Of a stretch of DNA of 15,835 bases, positions 15,629 through 15,835 are shown in pieces. The first letter of the stretch is position 1; every line of letters starts with the position of its first letter. The notes under the pieces were generated by a model. It was not told the origin of the DNA. It saw only the letters and a list, made by a program, of their open reading frames with translations, and searched no databases. The DNA is from a bacterium. GTDB taxonomy: Bacteria > UBA8248. Both the position numbers and the translations under genes were made by a program. The DNA lies in contig CBDBZY010000030.1 in NCBI GenBank assembly GCA_965213685.1, forward strand, positions 1 to 15,835, read 5' to 3'.

Positions 15629-15835
15629 TCATGTCATTCCCCGGCTCCGGGATATTTTTTCTCCGCCTCCTCGGGCCCCTTCCGCCCTGTTGTAATCCGC
15701 ATCCAGATCCCCCGTTCCGGCGGGGAATTTCACGGTGAAAAAAGTGGCCTCGCCGTCCACCGCCCGGCTTCTGTGGTTCGTATGCCTGGGGATATGAATC
15801 AAATCGCCGCACTCGACGATTTTGTCCTCCTCCCC
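15629..15835 (-). CDS. 3' part of a cupin domain protein, truncated by the window
   Basis: The - frame from 15835 reads GEEDKIVECGDLIHIPRHTNHRSRAVDGEATFFTVKFPAGTGDLDADYNRAEGA..., containing cupin motif 2 (G-x5-P-x4-H). Not in the ORF track. Stop at 15629, or 15634 if one extra base lies near 15673-15675. Confidence 0.7.
   Translation of the reverse strand, partial: GEEDKIVECGDLIHIPRHTNHRSRAVDGEATFFTVKFPAGTGDLDADYNRAEGARGGGEKISRSRGMT

Noticed and set aside
15624-15812. 62-aa ORF from the track
   Set aside because: Another - frame over the same bases carries a clear cupin motif.

Overview
A GC-rich bacterial chromosomal window with no mobile element, tRNA, rRNA or CRISPR array. The left + strand carries the 3' end of a probable 2-hydroxyacid dehydrogenase, a secreted M16 peptidase pair (split by single-base frameshifts, probably sequencing errors), then a Rid protein, VanZ, YqeY, a cupin and a gamma-glutamylcyclotransferase. 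Next come a - strand stand-alone LeuC/LeuD (HacAB-type) hydro-lyase pair, a + strand lipoprotein and a long intergenic hairpin. A - strand DUF4202 / DsbA-like / DUF971 block diverges from an AT-rich promoter/operator that drives cobA, a siroheme sulfite/nitrite reductase, SirB/CbiX, an ATP-grasp protein and an EamA transporter. The window ends with a frameshifted MaoC and a truncated cupin on the - strand. The main finding is missed by the ORF track: the DsbA-like gene likely starts at 9184 and reads through an in-frame TGA at the catalytic position (C-Y-V-U-P), followed by a SECIS-like hairpin, so it is a probable selenoprotein beside a sulfur/siroheme locus. Family calls come from motif recognition only; no searches were run.
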